Below, piece by piece: positions 52,658-64,000 of a DNA stretch of 64,000 nt. The notes below the pieces were generated by a model, which saw only the letters and a program-made list of their open reading frames with translations, had not been told where the DNA came from and did not search any database. The DNA is from Raillietiella orientalis (taxonomy: Eukaryota). The DNA is taken from NCBI GenBank assembly GCA_036172245.1, contig JAYWIR010000004.1, forward strand, positions 5,084,001 to 5,148,000, given 5' to 3'. Position 1 is the first letter of the stretch; each line of letters begins with the position of its first letter. The translations under genes and the position numbers were made by a program.

Positions 52658-54449
52658 GTATTTAAATACGCATGTTGAAGCATTAAAAAAAAGTCAACCA
52701 AGGGTAACAGACTTTTCTAATGGCAGAGGACAGCATATTCCTTGGAGGGAAAGGTGAATACTTGGTTAATTTTTTTTCTTCCTCGTGATTGCATTCAACC
52801 TTCTCCGTATCTTCCGACGCAAGTTCACACGTACGGCTACGCCATCTTTAACAATTAATGGGATGCTGATCCAGAAACACAAAACACAATTCCATTTCAG
52901 TTCAAAACAATTTATTATATCAAATACATTTTAGCAAGAAGATTGTGTGGGCAAACTTTACAATTTCGTTGGCTGCCGCAGTGCTTAAGAACGGATACAC
53001 ACCACATTAAAAGAATAACCCTTACAAAATGGGAGGGATCCAAAAACTACTGAAATACGTCACTTCCTCCGGTATAAGGATGTAAACAAACGCTACGATT
53101 CGCTTGTAAGGAGTACAGAAGTAACAGTGGTGTACGTAACCATTCACGAAATAAACTTGTGGAAAGTTGATTTTTTTTTTTCAAGGTGACTTGGATAGTT
53201 TCTTTCATTGCGATAACAGGAATATTTAGGCGTTTGTGTGTGCGTGTTTAAAGCACTTTATTCTGAAATTCATTGTATATCAGACAAAGAATAATGCAAT
53301 CATTTATGTAATTCCTTGAAAGAGAAGGCAGTATAGTGGATATGGAAATGTTTTTCAGACGCATGTGTGAAAGCATAGAGTATGTTTGGTGTGTGGTGCA
53401 TAGTTTGTGCATAAATAAAAACTGAACTTAGAATACATTATAGATGAATTGAAAAATTTGCACATTGTTTTCTACAGTAACGTAAGTTTTCCAGATAAAC
53501 TGAAAGACACAAGCTTAATACGTAAATACATTTTACAACTGTGCAAAAGATTTGCGGTTCTTGAATGCCACTAGCTTCGATCCAAAGTATAGGCGATTCA
53601 GCAGGGGAAAAAAAGCTCCCACATTCCCTTATCCAAAATCAAAATGCCATTGCAAATTTCAGTTTATAATAAAATATACACCGAAATTTAAATATACACT
53701 GATCTCTCTGAAAAGGCAGGTCAGCGGTGGTGCTGACCCACCATTTCAAAACACCGTTATCCCGATGAAGCAGATCATGGTTTCTGATGAATGGGACCTC
53801 GGCCAAGTATGCATCCAACTCCTATTTTATTCTCACACTTTTCTATTACGTCCTTTCAGTTGCTAACGTCTCATGTAGTTCGAAGTGCTGCAACTGGGAG
53901 TAGAAGGAAGCAGCGTGGTTGAACCACACACACAGAACGGCCCACAATCTGTTGACTGTTGTCCTGCGTTGTGATCGCTTTATCGAAAAACGCTTTCCTT
54001 GCAAGAGATTGTGAAGCGAATTCAGGAAAGCTTCCCGCATGGCAGGAAATCGCTTCCACTCTCAAAAGTGTCCTCGGGGTTTTCGCGGTAAAGGCTAGTG
54101 ATATATCGAGCCCGTCTCCTCCTGAACAGGAAGCAGTCCTTCGGCTACCCACTTAGGATCAGTTAGGATATTGGAAGGAGGAACGCGCGCGCAGGCGACA
54201 CCTGCAGCAGAGTGAGGGTGGAGGAGCTCTATCTGTGGCTGCCAAAGAATCATCCCTGGAGGACAAGATTCGGGAGCTCGCCTGTCACGTTAAGTTGGCA
54301 GGCAAATAGGTGAAGCAGTACGGATAGGCCGCCTGAACCGAAGCCTTCGTGACTGCAGGGATCGGAGGAAGAGGGAGGGGAAGGGAAGAAGGGATCGTGA
54401 CCACTGGAGGCGGCATCGGCAGTTCGCGTCACCTACTCTCCCTGCATGG

Positions 54450-55830
54450 TTGCGCCTAAGGGACTTGAAGGGTCGCATTGCTCCCGAAGAACTCTGATGC
54501 CTTCCCATCCTCCATCGCGAGGGTTCACCACTGATGCCTATGCTGCTGATCGCCTTAAAGGGGTCCATCTCCCGCAACCCTAATACCCTGCCGGGGTGTC
54601 CTGAACTCGACTTCCCCCATCCCAGCTTCCATCGTTCCTTGTGAAAGCTCACCCGGAGACCTCAGTCCTTTTTTGCACCTACCCGTTTCGCTCGCCCTGA
54701 CTGCCGGCACTAACCCTCTCTGACCTGTAACCAACCTTCCAGCGTGCAAGAGCACGCCTCCTCCGCGCATGTTATACAACCTGAGGCGCTTCTGGGTCCA
54801 ACTGCTATAGTATTTGAGAGAACGTCAATGAAGAATGAGCGGCCGCGATGGTGGTCAGAAGTGGTATATAGTTGGGGAACCCAGTGGAGACCACCTCTCG
54901 ATCGATACATGCGCAGTATCCCATGACGACGCACCCGTCAATTGGGAAAAGGCCAGAAGTGAAAAAGAGCAGCCAGAGGTCGAGTCAAATCACATGCGAC
55001 CAGAGAGACCTCGACTTCCTGCTGCTTATCCCTCTCTTCCTTGTTCCCTTTCTCGAATCTCCCTCCTCCAACCAGCAGCACGGAAAGCGACGTTTTCCTC
55101 CGGTTCTCCCATGAACCACTCGCCAAGGTACTCCTCGGACAGAAGGGAAAGGAAGGGAGGGAAGGGCGGCAGTCTGTCTGAAAGAGCGACACCTTGCCTT
55201 GAGTTCTCGGCGTCACTGGAGATATGACCGAGGTTCCCGGAGGAAGTAACAAGCCAGGCGCTCGAAGGCCTCCGTTCGTCGTCGTGGAGGGTGGTCCTTC
55301 CTTCGGATCTGGACCGGAAGTCTTCCCTGGATGGCAGCGGCCGGTAGGACGTTCCCTTTCCCTCCTCATTTCCTTCGAGTGTCTCCCGGTACAGAGGAAC
55401 GGCAGCTCCTAAGGGATCGAACGAAGAGAAGCAGTGCTGGCAGACAGTGGCCCGGAGGAAGGAGGGAGGACGGCCGAGTAGAAAGTGGGCACCCAGAGCG
55501 TGGGCGGTATTCCTGCTAACTTTGCAGGATATTGGCATGTCCAACTCTTGTTGGACATGCGCACGGGTCCAGAACAAGAACGCCAACGATGAAGAGGCGG
55601 CTTCCAGACCGAGGCATTACCAGACGGCTAACCTCTCGGCAACACGAGCAGAGAAACGTCCCGGAGGGTGTGCTGCGGCGCAGCCCGGAGGACAAGAAAC
55701 AAGTACCCATTACCAAGCACGCGGACAAAAGCTGCTGCTTTATCTTTTGCCAGTCTCTCGAGTGCTTCTCCCCGTGCATGTCCAAGATGGCAGCGGCTTT
55801 GGGGGTGCGTTTCCAGGAGCTCTCTTGCGC
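54450..55830 (-). mobile_element. Possible degraded LINE RT relic immediately 3' of metaxin-2
   Basis: RTPKAAAILD..LLSACLVMG (domain 0-1), GKGTSYRPL (domain 2), WVPQ..FFIDVLSNTI..CAEEA (GVPQG..FIDDL..YADD). The domain 2-to-4 spacing (about 470 nt) is plausible; the domain 0-to-2 spacing is too long. Confidence 0.35.
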
Positions 55831-55840
55831 CCAATCCAGT

Positions 55841-56856
55841 TCAGGATAAACGCACGACTTTCTTGACGCGATCACAGAACTGAACCAAATTCTCGTGCAG
55901 CGATGGGATGAGCGCCAGGCGATCGTCTGGAAGATCCTTGGAATGGAGTAGGGTGTAGAGGTGACCGAACACCAGAGCATCCAGCTCGCAGGGCTTGTCT
56001 CCGAAAAAGAAAGGCTGCTCTCCCAGCCTTTCCGACAGGGCAGCACAGCACCTCTGCACGTTGAGATACACCTACGACCCAAAGCTCAAAAGCGAGTCGA
56101 AAAACAGTCCAAACGTCACCTCTTCCAGAGACCTCTGGTGCCATCCAAAAGCTTTCAGATTTTGTTCCACTTCCCTGCGGCGCAGAAACATCAGCACCAC
56201 GTTCAGTGGCCACGGGTACGACGAGAACCGTCTCTTCGTGTACTCTCGCAAAGTATGTTTATCGCACCAGCATATGTACAGCTGAATCAACATGGAGGTG
56301 GGAGGGTAGAGGTAGAGCAGAGGCGAAAACACGATATGTTTACCTCTGCGTTGCCCAAAAGATTAGAAACCAGAGACAAATACGCCTGCAAATCCGCTTT
56401 CTGAGCAAGGTTTAAATCGGTCGTCAAACTGATGCCCTGGCACTCGAAACATAAGAGCAGGATGAAGCCGCGCTTACCTTGAGGTTCACAAACGCCACGA
56501 TGCGTTCGAATTCCGCCAGAAGAAAGAGGCCGCATCGGAGGAATGGGACGCTTCCTGTTGGGATTACTTAGTACACACATGAGTTCCACAGAGTCAACAA
56601 GACCTGAAGGAGACATATCCTCCGCATTATCGCGAATCACCACTTTGAAATTCAACTCGCACATACGTAGAAAGGACTCCACCGCCAGGGTATTCGCCAC
56701 ATCCGTAAACAAATACTTTGGCAGTTCATAAAGCTGTACGTCGGATGGCCAAGGCTCAGATGCTGCGCAAAACGAACAACAATATGGCGGTCAACAACTG
56801 CAAAAAAAAAATTCACCTGCCAACTCCATTGTCATCCGTTCGACTAGCTGTGGCAT
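55841..56856 (-). CDS. MTX2: Metaxin-2 (mitochondrial SAM complex, GST-like fold), 6 exons
   Basis: Exons 56856-56817, 56762-56604, 56554-56478, 56436-56344, 56281-56120, 56071-55841 read MPQLVERMTMELAASEPWPSDVQLY..LAVESFLRMC..NAEDMSPSGSVPF..KADLQAY..YPWPLN..ALSERLGEQPFFFGDKPCELDALVFGHLYTL..RLS*, typical of metaxin-2. Confidence 0.95.
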
Positions 56857-57138
56857 ATTCCTACAACACATTTTCGTTTTTTTTTTGTTTTGTTTTTTTT
56901 TTCCCCTTCCCCCCAGCATGTCACTGCATCAAAAAAATCTTTGACTGCGCTGAATAAACACATCAGGGCGGCAAATGCAAATTTCAAAGTTAAAAAGCGT
57001 TGTGAACAAGAGTAGGAAACTGTTGCATCCAGGTAACGAGAGGTTTTAACATTGTGGCAAGCCTGTCCTTAAAAGCGGACTGCGTTTTGGGTACAGGGGG
57101 GCGGGAAAAAAAAAAAAAAAAAAACCTTAAGTGAGAAC
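56857..57138. promoter_or_regulatory. Putative bidirectional promoter between MTX2 and CCDC13
   Basis: Divergent start codons at 56856 (-) and 57139 or 57212 (+), under 360 bp apart; contains poly-T and poly-A tracts. Confidence 0.5.
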
Positions 57139-58905
57139 ATGGAGGTGAAGTAAAGCAAAGGGAGTTGAACGAATTTTTTCTATTATTCTCTATTGCAACA
57201 AACAGCCGCAAATGGAAAATAAGGACCTAAAGACTGCCCTTCTGGTGAATGAACTTCACAGTGCAAGTGAAAAGCAAGAGCAATCTTGGGAACAGCCACA
57301 TTCACTGAGGGCTGATTTGGCAGCTGTTCGGATTGTAGAGTTATCCAGAAAGATACGTGACTTAAACGCCGAATTACAAAAGGAAAAACTGAGAACAAAA
57401 AGTATGCAGCAGGCCATTCAGCGGAAAGAACATGCATCTGAAAAACGCGATTCGACAACAAGCATGCAAGTGCATTTGCAAGAAACACTTAAAAGCACTC
57501 AAGCTCAAGTTTCCGACTACAAGAGCCAGTGCGACTTTCTACGGCAGGAACTTAAACTAGTGCACAAGGTATAAAGAAAATATTATGCACACTATTGTGA
57601 ATAGGTCTCCATATCAGTTACTAACTCAAGAAGTAGGGCCTGATATGAATATAGCTCAGTTAATGAAGAAAAATTCTGGATGGAAAGGCAGAGCACAAAA
57701 AATTGCAGTGCTTACAAACCAAATCAACAATCTGAAAACTGAGCTGTCTAAACAAACGAATGATCGCAATAAACAAGGTAATCAAAAAGTACATCACCAA
57801 ACTAAAATTTCATGCTAGTCTTCGCAGAAACAAAATATGTTGCAAACATGGCTCTATTGAAACTGCAGCAAGAACATAAACAAGTTTCAGAGGAATTAAC
57901 TCTAGTAAATGAAGATAACAAAAGAATGCAACAAAATCTTAAAGCTGCCAAGGCTAGAAATCAAGTCCTTTGTAATGAAATTAAACACCTTAAGAATAAA
58001 ATGGCCCAAGTTATTGATAAAACAATAAATGACAATAAACTAATAGAGACACAGAACGTAAGCATTAAGACCTTCCAGGTCACATAAAATCCTCAGTACT
58101 CAAGTTTGTGTAGTAATTCTCTTCAGTTTGAATGACATTTATGTTCTCTGTGCATCCATCTGATCACACTTCTTGTGAATTCTGAGACTTATACCTACAT
58201 TATGACATTTTCAGAAACATATTCAACAACTTGAAATAGCACTGAATGATTTAACTACCAGAAATATTGCAGATGATACAAAAACAGGTAACATTATCTC
58301 TGAACCCAAAGAAAATGAATATACTGAATCACTTACTCAAATAATCAAAATGAAAGATTCCAGAATAAAGGAACTGATAGAACTATATGAACAACTAAGA
58401 AACAAGTAAGATAATTTAAATGCTTCTTCTCAGTCAATTTTGCAATGCTGATGCTACTTAGGACATGCAATAACTCTGAATCTGATAGCATATGTGAAGC
58501 AAGACAGTTGGAAGATACGCACAACGATATAAAGAACCAAATAATGTTCAAAGTGGAAAATCATGAAAGAGAGCAATTACTGGAAATTATTCAAACTTTG
58601 AATTCAAGGTATTGGGACTTGCTTTTCATCAAATAATAACAAGGCTGGAAACAATGACCTTCTAATTCTAGATTAACCGATTCGAATGGAAAATGCTTAG
58701 ATCTGGAAAAAAAACTAAATGAACTTTCACAAACAGCGAAAAAGGAGTCACATGAATCATTTTCTACAAACACAAAAAACCAAATAGCAAACAGATGTAC
58801 AATATCTTCCCTTCAGAAAAGGTAAGCACACCGTGTTATGGGAAAATAATTGGATCACCTAACCACAGAACAAAACGTTACATTTACATACACAGATTCA
58901 AATAG
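57139..58905 (+). CDS. CCDC13: Coiled-coil domain-containing protein 13-like (centriolar satellite/ciliogenesis); both termini uncertain
   Basis: Exons (57139-57144), 57206-57568, 57618-57777, 57828-58057, 58215-58405, 58462-58608, 58672-58821, 58869-58905. Motifs ADLAAVRIVELSRK, LRQELKLVHKLLTQEVG, GWKGRAQKIAVL, AAKARNQVL, DKTINDNKLI, VENHEREQLLEII match CCDC13 as I recall it. Confidence 0.85.
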
Positions 58906-61900
58906 AAATTGAAATAATACCTTTCGTTGGCTATCCGCAAACTCACAAAGTTAATGCCTCTACATTCAATTTCAGTATGATAATGAAATAATGACAATGT
59001 ATTCTAATTTATAACATTTGCGTTTATTTTATAAAGATGATATCAATACAGAAATTGTGATTCCGAACTACAATAGGGCATGAAATCAAGAACCATATAT
59101 TCAAAATTTTTGAATCCATTAACTTTTGGATAAAACAAAAGCTTCGAATTTGCAGCGCTCCGACTATTATGCAAAATATATGATAATAATCAACCAACTC
59201 CTCAAATTACCTATCTAAACAACTTAAAAATTTGGAAATTAAGCAAACAACGCACACGTAATCCAAACACGTGTGGTTTATTTGTACTTTAAGACATTAG
59301 TTATGTAAGAGTACGACTTGAGAATTAATTTTTTTCATGAGCATTTACATCCAGTACATTGTTTTCACCTGCTAACACATAGTCAAATCTTTGAGGGAAC
59401 ACTCCACCAGACTGAAATCCGGGACCTATTATAAAATGTTCTGGATATTCACGGAGAACGCATTGCCTACTCTTGATACCACAATATCCCATCAGAGCTG
59501 CATAGCTTTAGATGAGATTTTCTACGCCCATAGTAATAAAATCAAAAAAAAAAAAAGGATCTTTGCTGATTATCAGTCAAGAAAATCGAGCAGAAAATTA
59601 GTTTCCGGAAGATGGAAGACCAAGATGACATGTATTACTAACTTCAGAGGCTAGTAACAAATTCACACAAAAACGAAACCTTTAAATGTCGGTTGTTTCC
59701 AATACCGAACCGCGTGTACTCGGTAATTCTATAGAGAACGAAATCATACAATTCAAAGAATATGATGGAACTTTTTCCATCATCTAAAGATGGGGGACGA
59801 TGAAGAACACGAATGTAACGCTGCCACGATCAAGAGACACACTCTTTAAAAATAAATAAATAAATAAAGCAAGAACAAGTTGATGACTAGCTTAAATTGA
59901 CACAGTGAAAGCAAACCGATAATTTCAAATTGTTCTTTCACTTGAGGCGTTTCCAAATGTATATCTTAAAAGGTTAGCGTGCTTTTCTATGTTTGGGCTA
60001 TTTTCAAAAATTCACTGATCCCCATCTTGGGCTGACAACTGCTGTAATTCCGAGTTCGATGAATTTCCTTTTTAATCATTGTCATTCATTCTTATTTTTC
60101 TTTTTAAGATGCTCCACATGTTAAAGATCGATCATTTTTTGCTCTTACATTATGATAAGCATATTGCAGTTCCGTGACATCACCCTTTGAAGGTGTAGTT
60201 TAAATTCTCCTTGTGATGAGAATGATGAGAATTCAAATCGTTGCAAACCAGTGGCCTTTCATAAAGTGTATTTGCTTTTTGCTTCTACCATTCAAGCCTT
60301 CTATCATAATTCCGAATTTATCGAAACCGATGAAAATTTGCTTGAGATTTTTCAAAGCTTACAGATTACTGGATGGTAAAATGGATATAAAGCATTTTGA
60401 ACAGCATTTATGATTATAAGCATAGCTTTTCTTGGTATTTTCCAGATGAAATGTGAATTCTTAACTATTATTATTATTTTTGCAATATTTCATCCGTTAA
60501 GTTGCCCCCACAGCGATTGATTGAACACTGAAAAATATTCATATATATATTTTTTCCAATTTACGATGTAAAGATAAAAGATTTCGAAAGATTTTGTCCA
60601 GTTCTTGACTTCTATCAAGCAATATCATTTCTAAAGTGATCATGATGATTCTGAATAGTAGCATTAAGCATGAAGCATGGGCCATATGAAACGTACTTTT
60701 AAATCTTCAGTGTCTTCAGATGTTAGGATTTGTAGATTTTATTACACATGCTTGCCTGGTTTTCCATCTTTGCTGCCCCAGGGCAAGCGTTCCATCTTGA
60801 GCGCAAATTCTGGACTTGTTCCTGGCTTGGCAAACCCGTTCGGCTCATCATTCAGGTCTTCATTTCCGCTTGGCTAAAGCGAATCTCTGTCCATGTCTTC
60901 ATGCGGCAAAGAGAAACAGCGTGGGAATCGTTGACGGAATGCATTCTCACTCTTGGAGAATTTTATCGAGGACGAAGGACATCTTTGAATTTGCTTGCAA
61001 AGGAACTGCCGGTGCACAAAAGTTGCTGCGGAATAGGAAGGTTATGAGGGAGGCATTGGTAGTTGGAAAGATGCTCCGTTCGTAGCCCGGAAAGCGAAAG
61101 CCTGTGACATTAGACCTTCCGTGCTACAAGTTTGCGTGAAATAAGGCAAGTTGAATTTCTGCCAAGTGATCCACGGACGCATTTTGGAAATTATGAATCT
61201 TAGTCACTCAGAGGAGGAGCCGAACACACTATTAGGAAAGAAGCTTTCTGGAATTGAAAAGTGAACATGTGGATTCCTATTGAGAGGTCTCAAGAGAGCA
61301 TCGTTCAAGTTTCGAGATACACCTTAAGGAATCCAAGAGCCAAGAGAGAGGGAAAGGTATGCAGACTTTGAAATGAAAGGCAGTGTCAGAATACACACGC
61401 CAATGTTCCTCGTTTTCATATTAAGAGAAATCCATTCCTTTTTAGCAGTAACCCAATCACTTCAAAGGGTCTTTTGGTGCAAGGAATGTCACGACCTTTC
61501 TAGAAAGTGGGTGCCCATAACGCAAGTGCATCTCGAAGGCAATTCCTCGTCTTCGTGGTGTGAAACGAATTCAGGAAAGGATCTGGTCGAGAATTCGGAG
61601 AATTCAGCTAGGCACATGCTGCGAAGACAAAAAGTGCGGAAGACACAAAGCAGAGACCCATAGCGCTCAGCGCAGCATGGGTGTGAAACCAAGCCGAGGC
61701 ACTAGGAACCCATCCTGTGGAGGAGCGAAAAGCTGGAGGCGCATTCGCAATGGTGTCTCGAGGCTGGGGGGAAGGCGTTTCGTTCCATCAGAAAGGAGGG
61801 GACGATCCGTTTTTTCCCAGAGAACTCAGGAAATCTCCATGATCACCGCTCGACTTTACTCACATCTCTGCAGCCGGAGGTTTCCATTCAGGTTTTCTTC

Positions 61901-63339
61901 CCTTCCTGTGATTTAGCGATCTCGACACTGTAATAACAGCTGGACAAAAGTAAGGATGCATGAGAACTCTGCAGGTTCCGGAAGTCACTCCCTCGGTTTC
62001 CCCGCAAGCGCCTTTCTGACGCACATGGAAACCCGGTCTCGTGAATTCAAGACCTCCGTTGTTTGGAGCACGAAGACACTAAAGTCATATGTGTCTGAAC
62101 GCGCATTTAGGGACGCTCTTGAAGACTGGCGATCGAAGACACCGAGCCCCGCCTATGCTTGGCTGGAAACTCGCCTCGCCAGCAAAGAATCCGGGGACCT
62201 GATAACGCGCTCCTGTGCTTTCCAGTCCGAAAGAGGCTGGAGTGAAACGGAACGAAAGTCAACAACAACCTGAAGCCTTCTCCCCGTTGATAACTGCAAG
62301 CAGAGGCTGAAACGCAAGCTCTATTCGTGGTCGTGCGCGTGGCCTAGGGACTGCGATACTCAATGGCGATTCCATTTTTCCCGAAGAGAAGCGCTCCCGG
62401 AAGACAGGAGTAGCGTAAAATCCATGATCGCCGTTTCAAGGGCGGCAGAGTCCATATGAAAGGAGTGGAGAAACGGCCACATCCTTCCAACGAGACAGAC
62501 CCGACAGTTCGTTCTTCCCAACTGAGACCGCTGCACTCTCTGCTTCCGGGAGGGTCATCTGGGGTGGCGGCGGACGGAACGCCGCGCGGTTCCCGGCAGT
62601 TGCCCGTAGCGCGGAGCGCCGCGCGCTCGTGCTGCTCCCGAACTATGTCGGAAGAGAGAAGAATTCTCTCCCAGCCTCTCTGCCCCCTGACTGAAAGAGC
62701 GCGATCACCCCGAACCAGACTTCTGCTTGTGCTCCACTCGAGCCATGACTTTCTTTCCTTCGCCTCTTGCCGGCGCCGCCAACTTTCGCTCCATCCAAAG
62801 CCGAGCAGCCCTGTCTTCATCGCCCCGGACCGCGAGTGGGTTGTGTGGCCAGCCTCCCCCAACGGAATCATCCCCGACACTGATGAGCTGCTCGGAACGC
62901 GGCCCCCCTCCATGCAGAATCTTCTCGATCCTAACCAGAACACTCACCCACCGCATCCCTATTCCCACTGTTTTCCAGCACTTGGAAACACTTGAGCCCT
63001 TTGGGCATCCATCCCAACAGCGTTAGACGGGAACACAGCACACCTCTCTTCAAGGTTGCCTACCATTTTAGTACGAAAGGGCCGGGGCTCTGGAAGGATT
63101 TTTCAGTCGAGGAGAAGCGCTTGAATGTGACCAGAAACAGGTGGTTTTTGAGGTGCTGCTGAGGTACCTTTTGGTCGGACGCAAAATTCTTGGGGGAATG
63201 CAAGTGGGGCAATTCCCACTTCATTTGGCGCGGGGTGTCAAATGAGGTGAGGATGCAAACACTGCAGCCTGAGGAGGAGGAGGGAAGGGGCTAAAGGTTG
63301 TTGTTGGGGACAGCATGAATCTGCAGGCGGGAATTCTTC

Positions 63340-63900
63340 TAATCATCTCGCTAATGGCGCAGAGCGGGCGCGCGGCCCACTCACGGAGTCGCCCGGAGGA
63401 ACATTCGGAAAAGCTGTGTAGGCGATCAGTCCGCGACCCCGTGCTCGCGAGGGAGGAGGCTGCACACCCAGCCTCGATGCTGGCGTTGGGAGGCGGACGG
63501 AGAGCGAACGGAAAGGGTCGACGACGTCTTCCACACGCCTGAGATCCGTGGCGAAGCGCCCGTGGGCTCCCTTCGCCTTCCTCGGGCATGGGGAAGCGCG
63601 CGCCAGCCAGCGAGCCAAGAAGGCGTCGATCCCGTCTTCACCTTCTTGAGGGAGACTGGGGAGGAGGGGGGTAAGGGACGAGCGGACCTTCCTCCCGCGT
63701 GTGAAGTCAGCCGGAGGAAACGTGCCGAAAGTTAGCCGGGAGGCAGAAGCGACTATTCCTTCTGGGAAGGATCGGGAAGACAAGGAAGACTTCCAGCCGA
63801 AGACCCTTTCCTGCTGATGTCCGGGAAGAGAGGCCTTCGCTCGCCGTTCGTGCGAGCAGTCAGCTGCACCACCTCGGCTCGCGCTGGCGGCTCCCGCGGT
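63340..63900 (-). mobile_element. Degraded LINE RT fragment (domains 2-4)
   Basis: RKG..LPCLPDPSQKE, EGEDGIDAFL, FATDLRRVEDVVDP (FLDL.KAFD.VDH), NVPPGDSVSGP (GVPQGSVLGP) in order. Confidence 0.4.
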
Positions 63901-64000
63901 CGGTTGTGAAGACCAGCGCGACGTTCCCGCTGGTTTCCTCTTGCCCGGAGAGCTATGGTGATGTGACGCGGGCGAGCGTTCTGTCTTCCTGGCAAAGGGA

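Noticed and set aside
24600..53500. Conserved miRNA, tRNA or CRISPR-like arrays in the long intron
   Set aside because: Only seed-length matches to miRNAs I remember, and no cloverleaf or regularly spaced repeats seen by eye. An Infernal/tRNAscan run would be needed to exclude them.
54290..54360. Trypsin-like motif (RFRRPIRTASPICLP)
   Set aside because: Followed by a stop, with no TAAHC or GDSGGP motif nearby.
62705..62968. Viral RdRp-like GDD (LISVGDDSV)
   Set aside because: No upstream motif A or B at suitable spacing; likely chance.

Overview
Eukaryotic (invertebrate animal, plausibly arthropod; inference) genomic DNA with very short GT-AG introns (mostly 40-55 nt). Five genes can be spliced by eye: (1) a 5'-partial VPS13A/C-like gene (+, 198-11418, about 40 introns); (2) NATD1-like GNAT gene (-, 11421-11819), whose stop codon lies 2 bp from the VPS13 stop; (3) a protogenin-like 4Ig-5FN3-TM receptor (-), with its body at about 19.2-24.5 kb and a predicted signal-peptide exon at 52597-52657, implying a 28-kb first intron; (4) metaxin-2 (-, 55841-56856), head-to-head with (5) a CCDC13-like gene (+, about 57139-58905). 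Much of the GC-rich non-genic DNA (12.5-15 kb, 24.8-50 kb, 54.4-55.8 kb, 63-64 kb) translates, across frameshifts, into very degraded retroelement motifs: mostly RTE-like LINE endonuclease/RT, one DIRS-like RT and possible Tc1/mariner scraps. These relic calls are by-eye motif matches, not database hits. I found no RNA genes, CRISPR arrays or clearly novel multi-gene system. The most notable observations are the interlocked VPS13/NATD1 3' ends, the giant intron among micro-introns, the AT/CpG compositional mosaic and the GC-rich retroelement graveyard.
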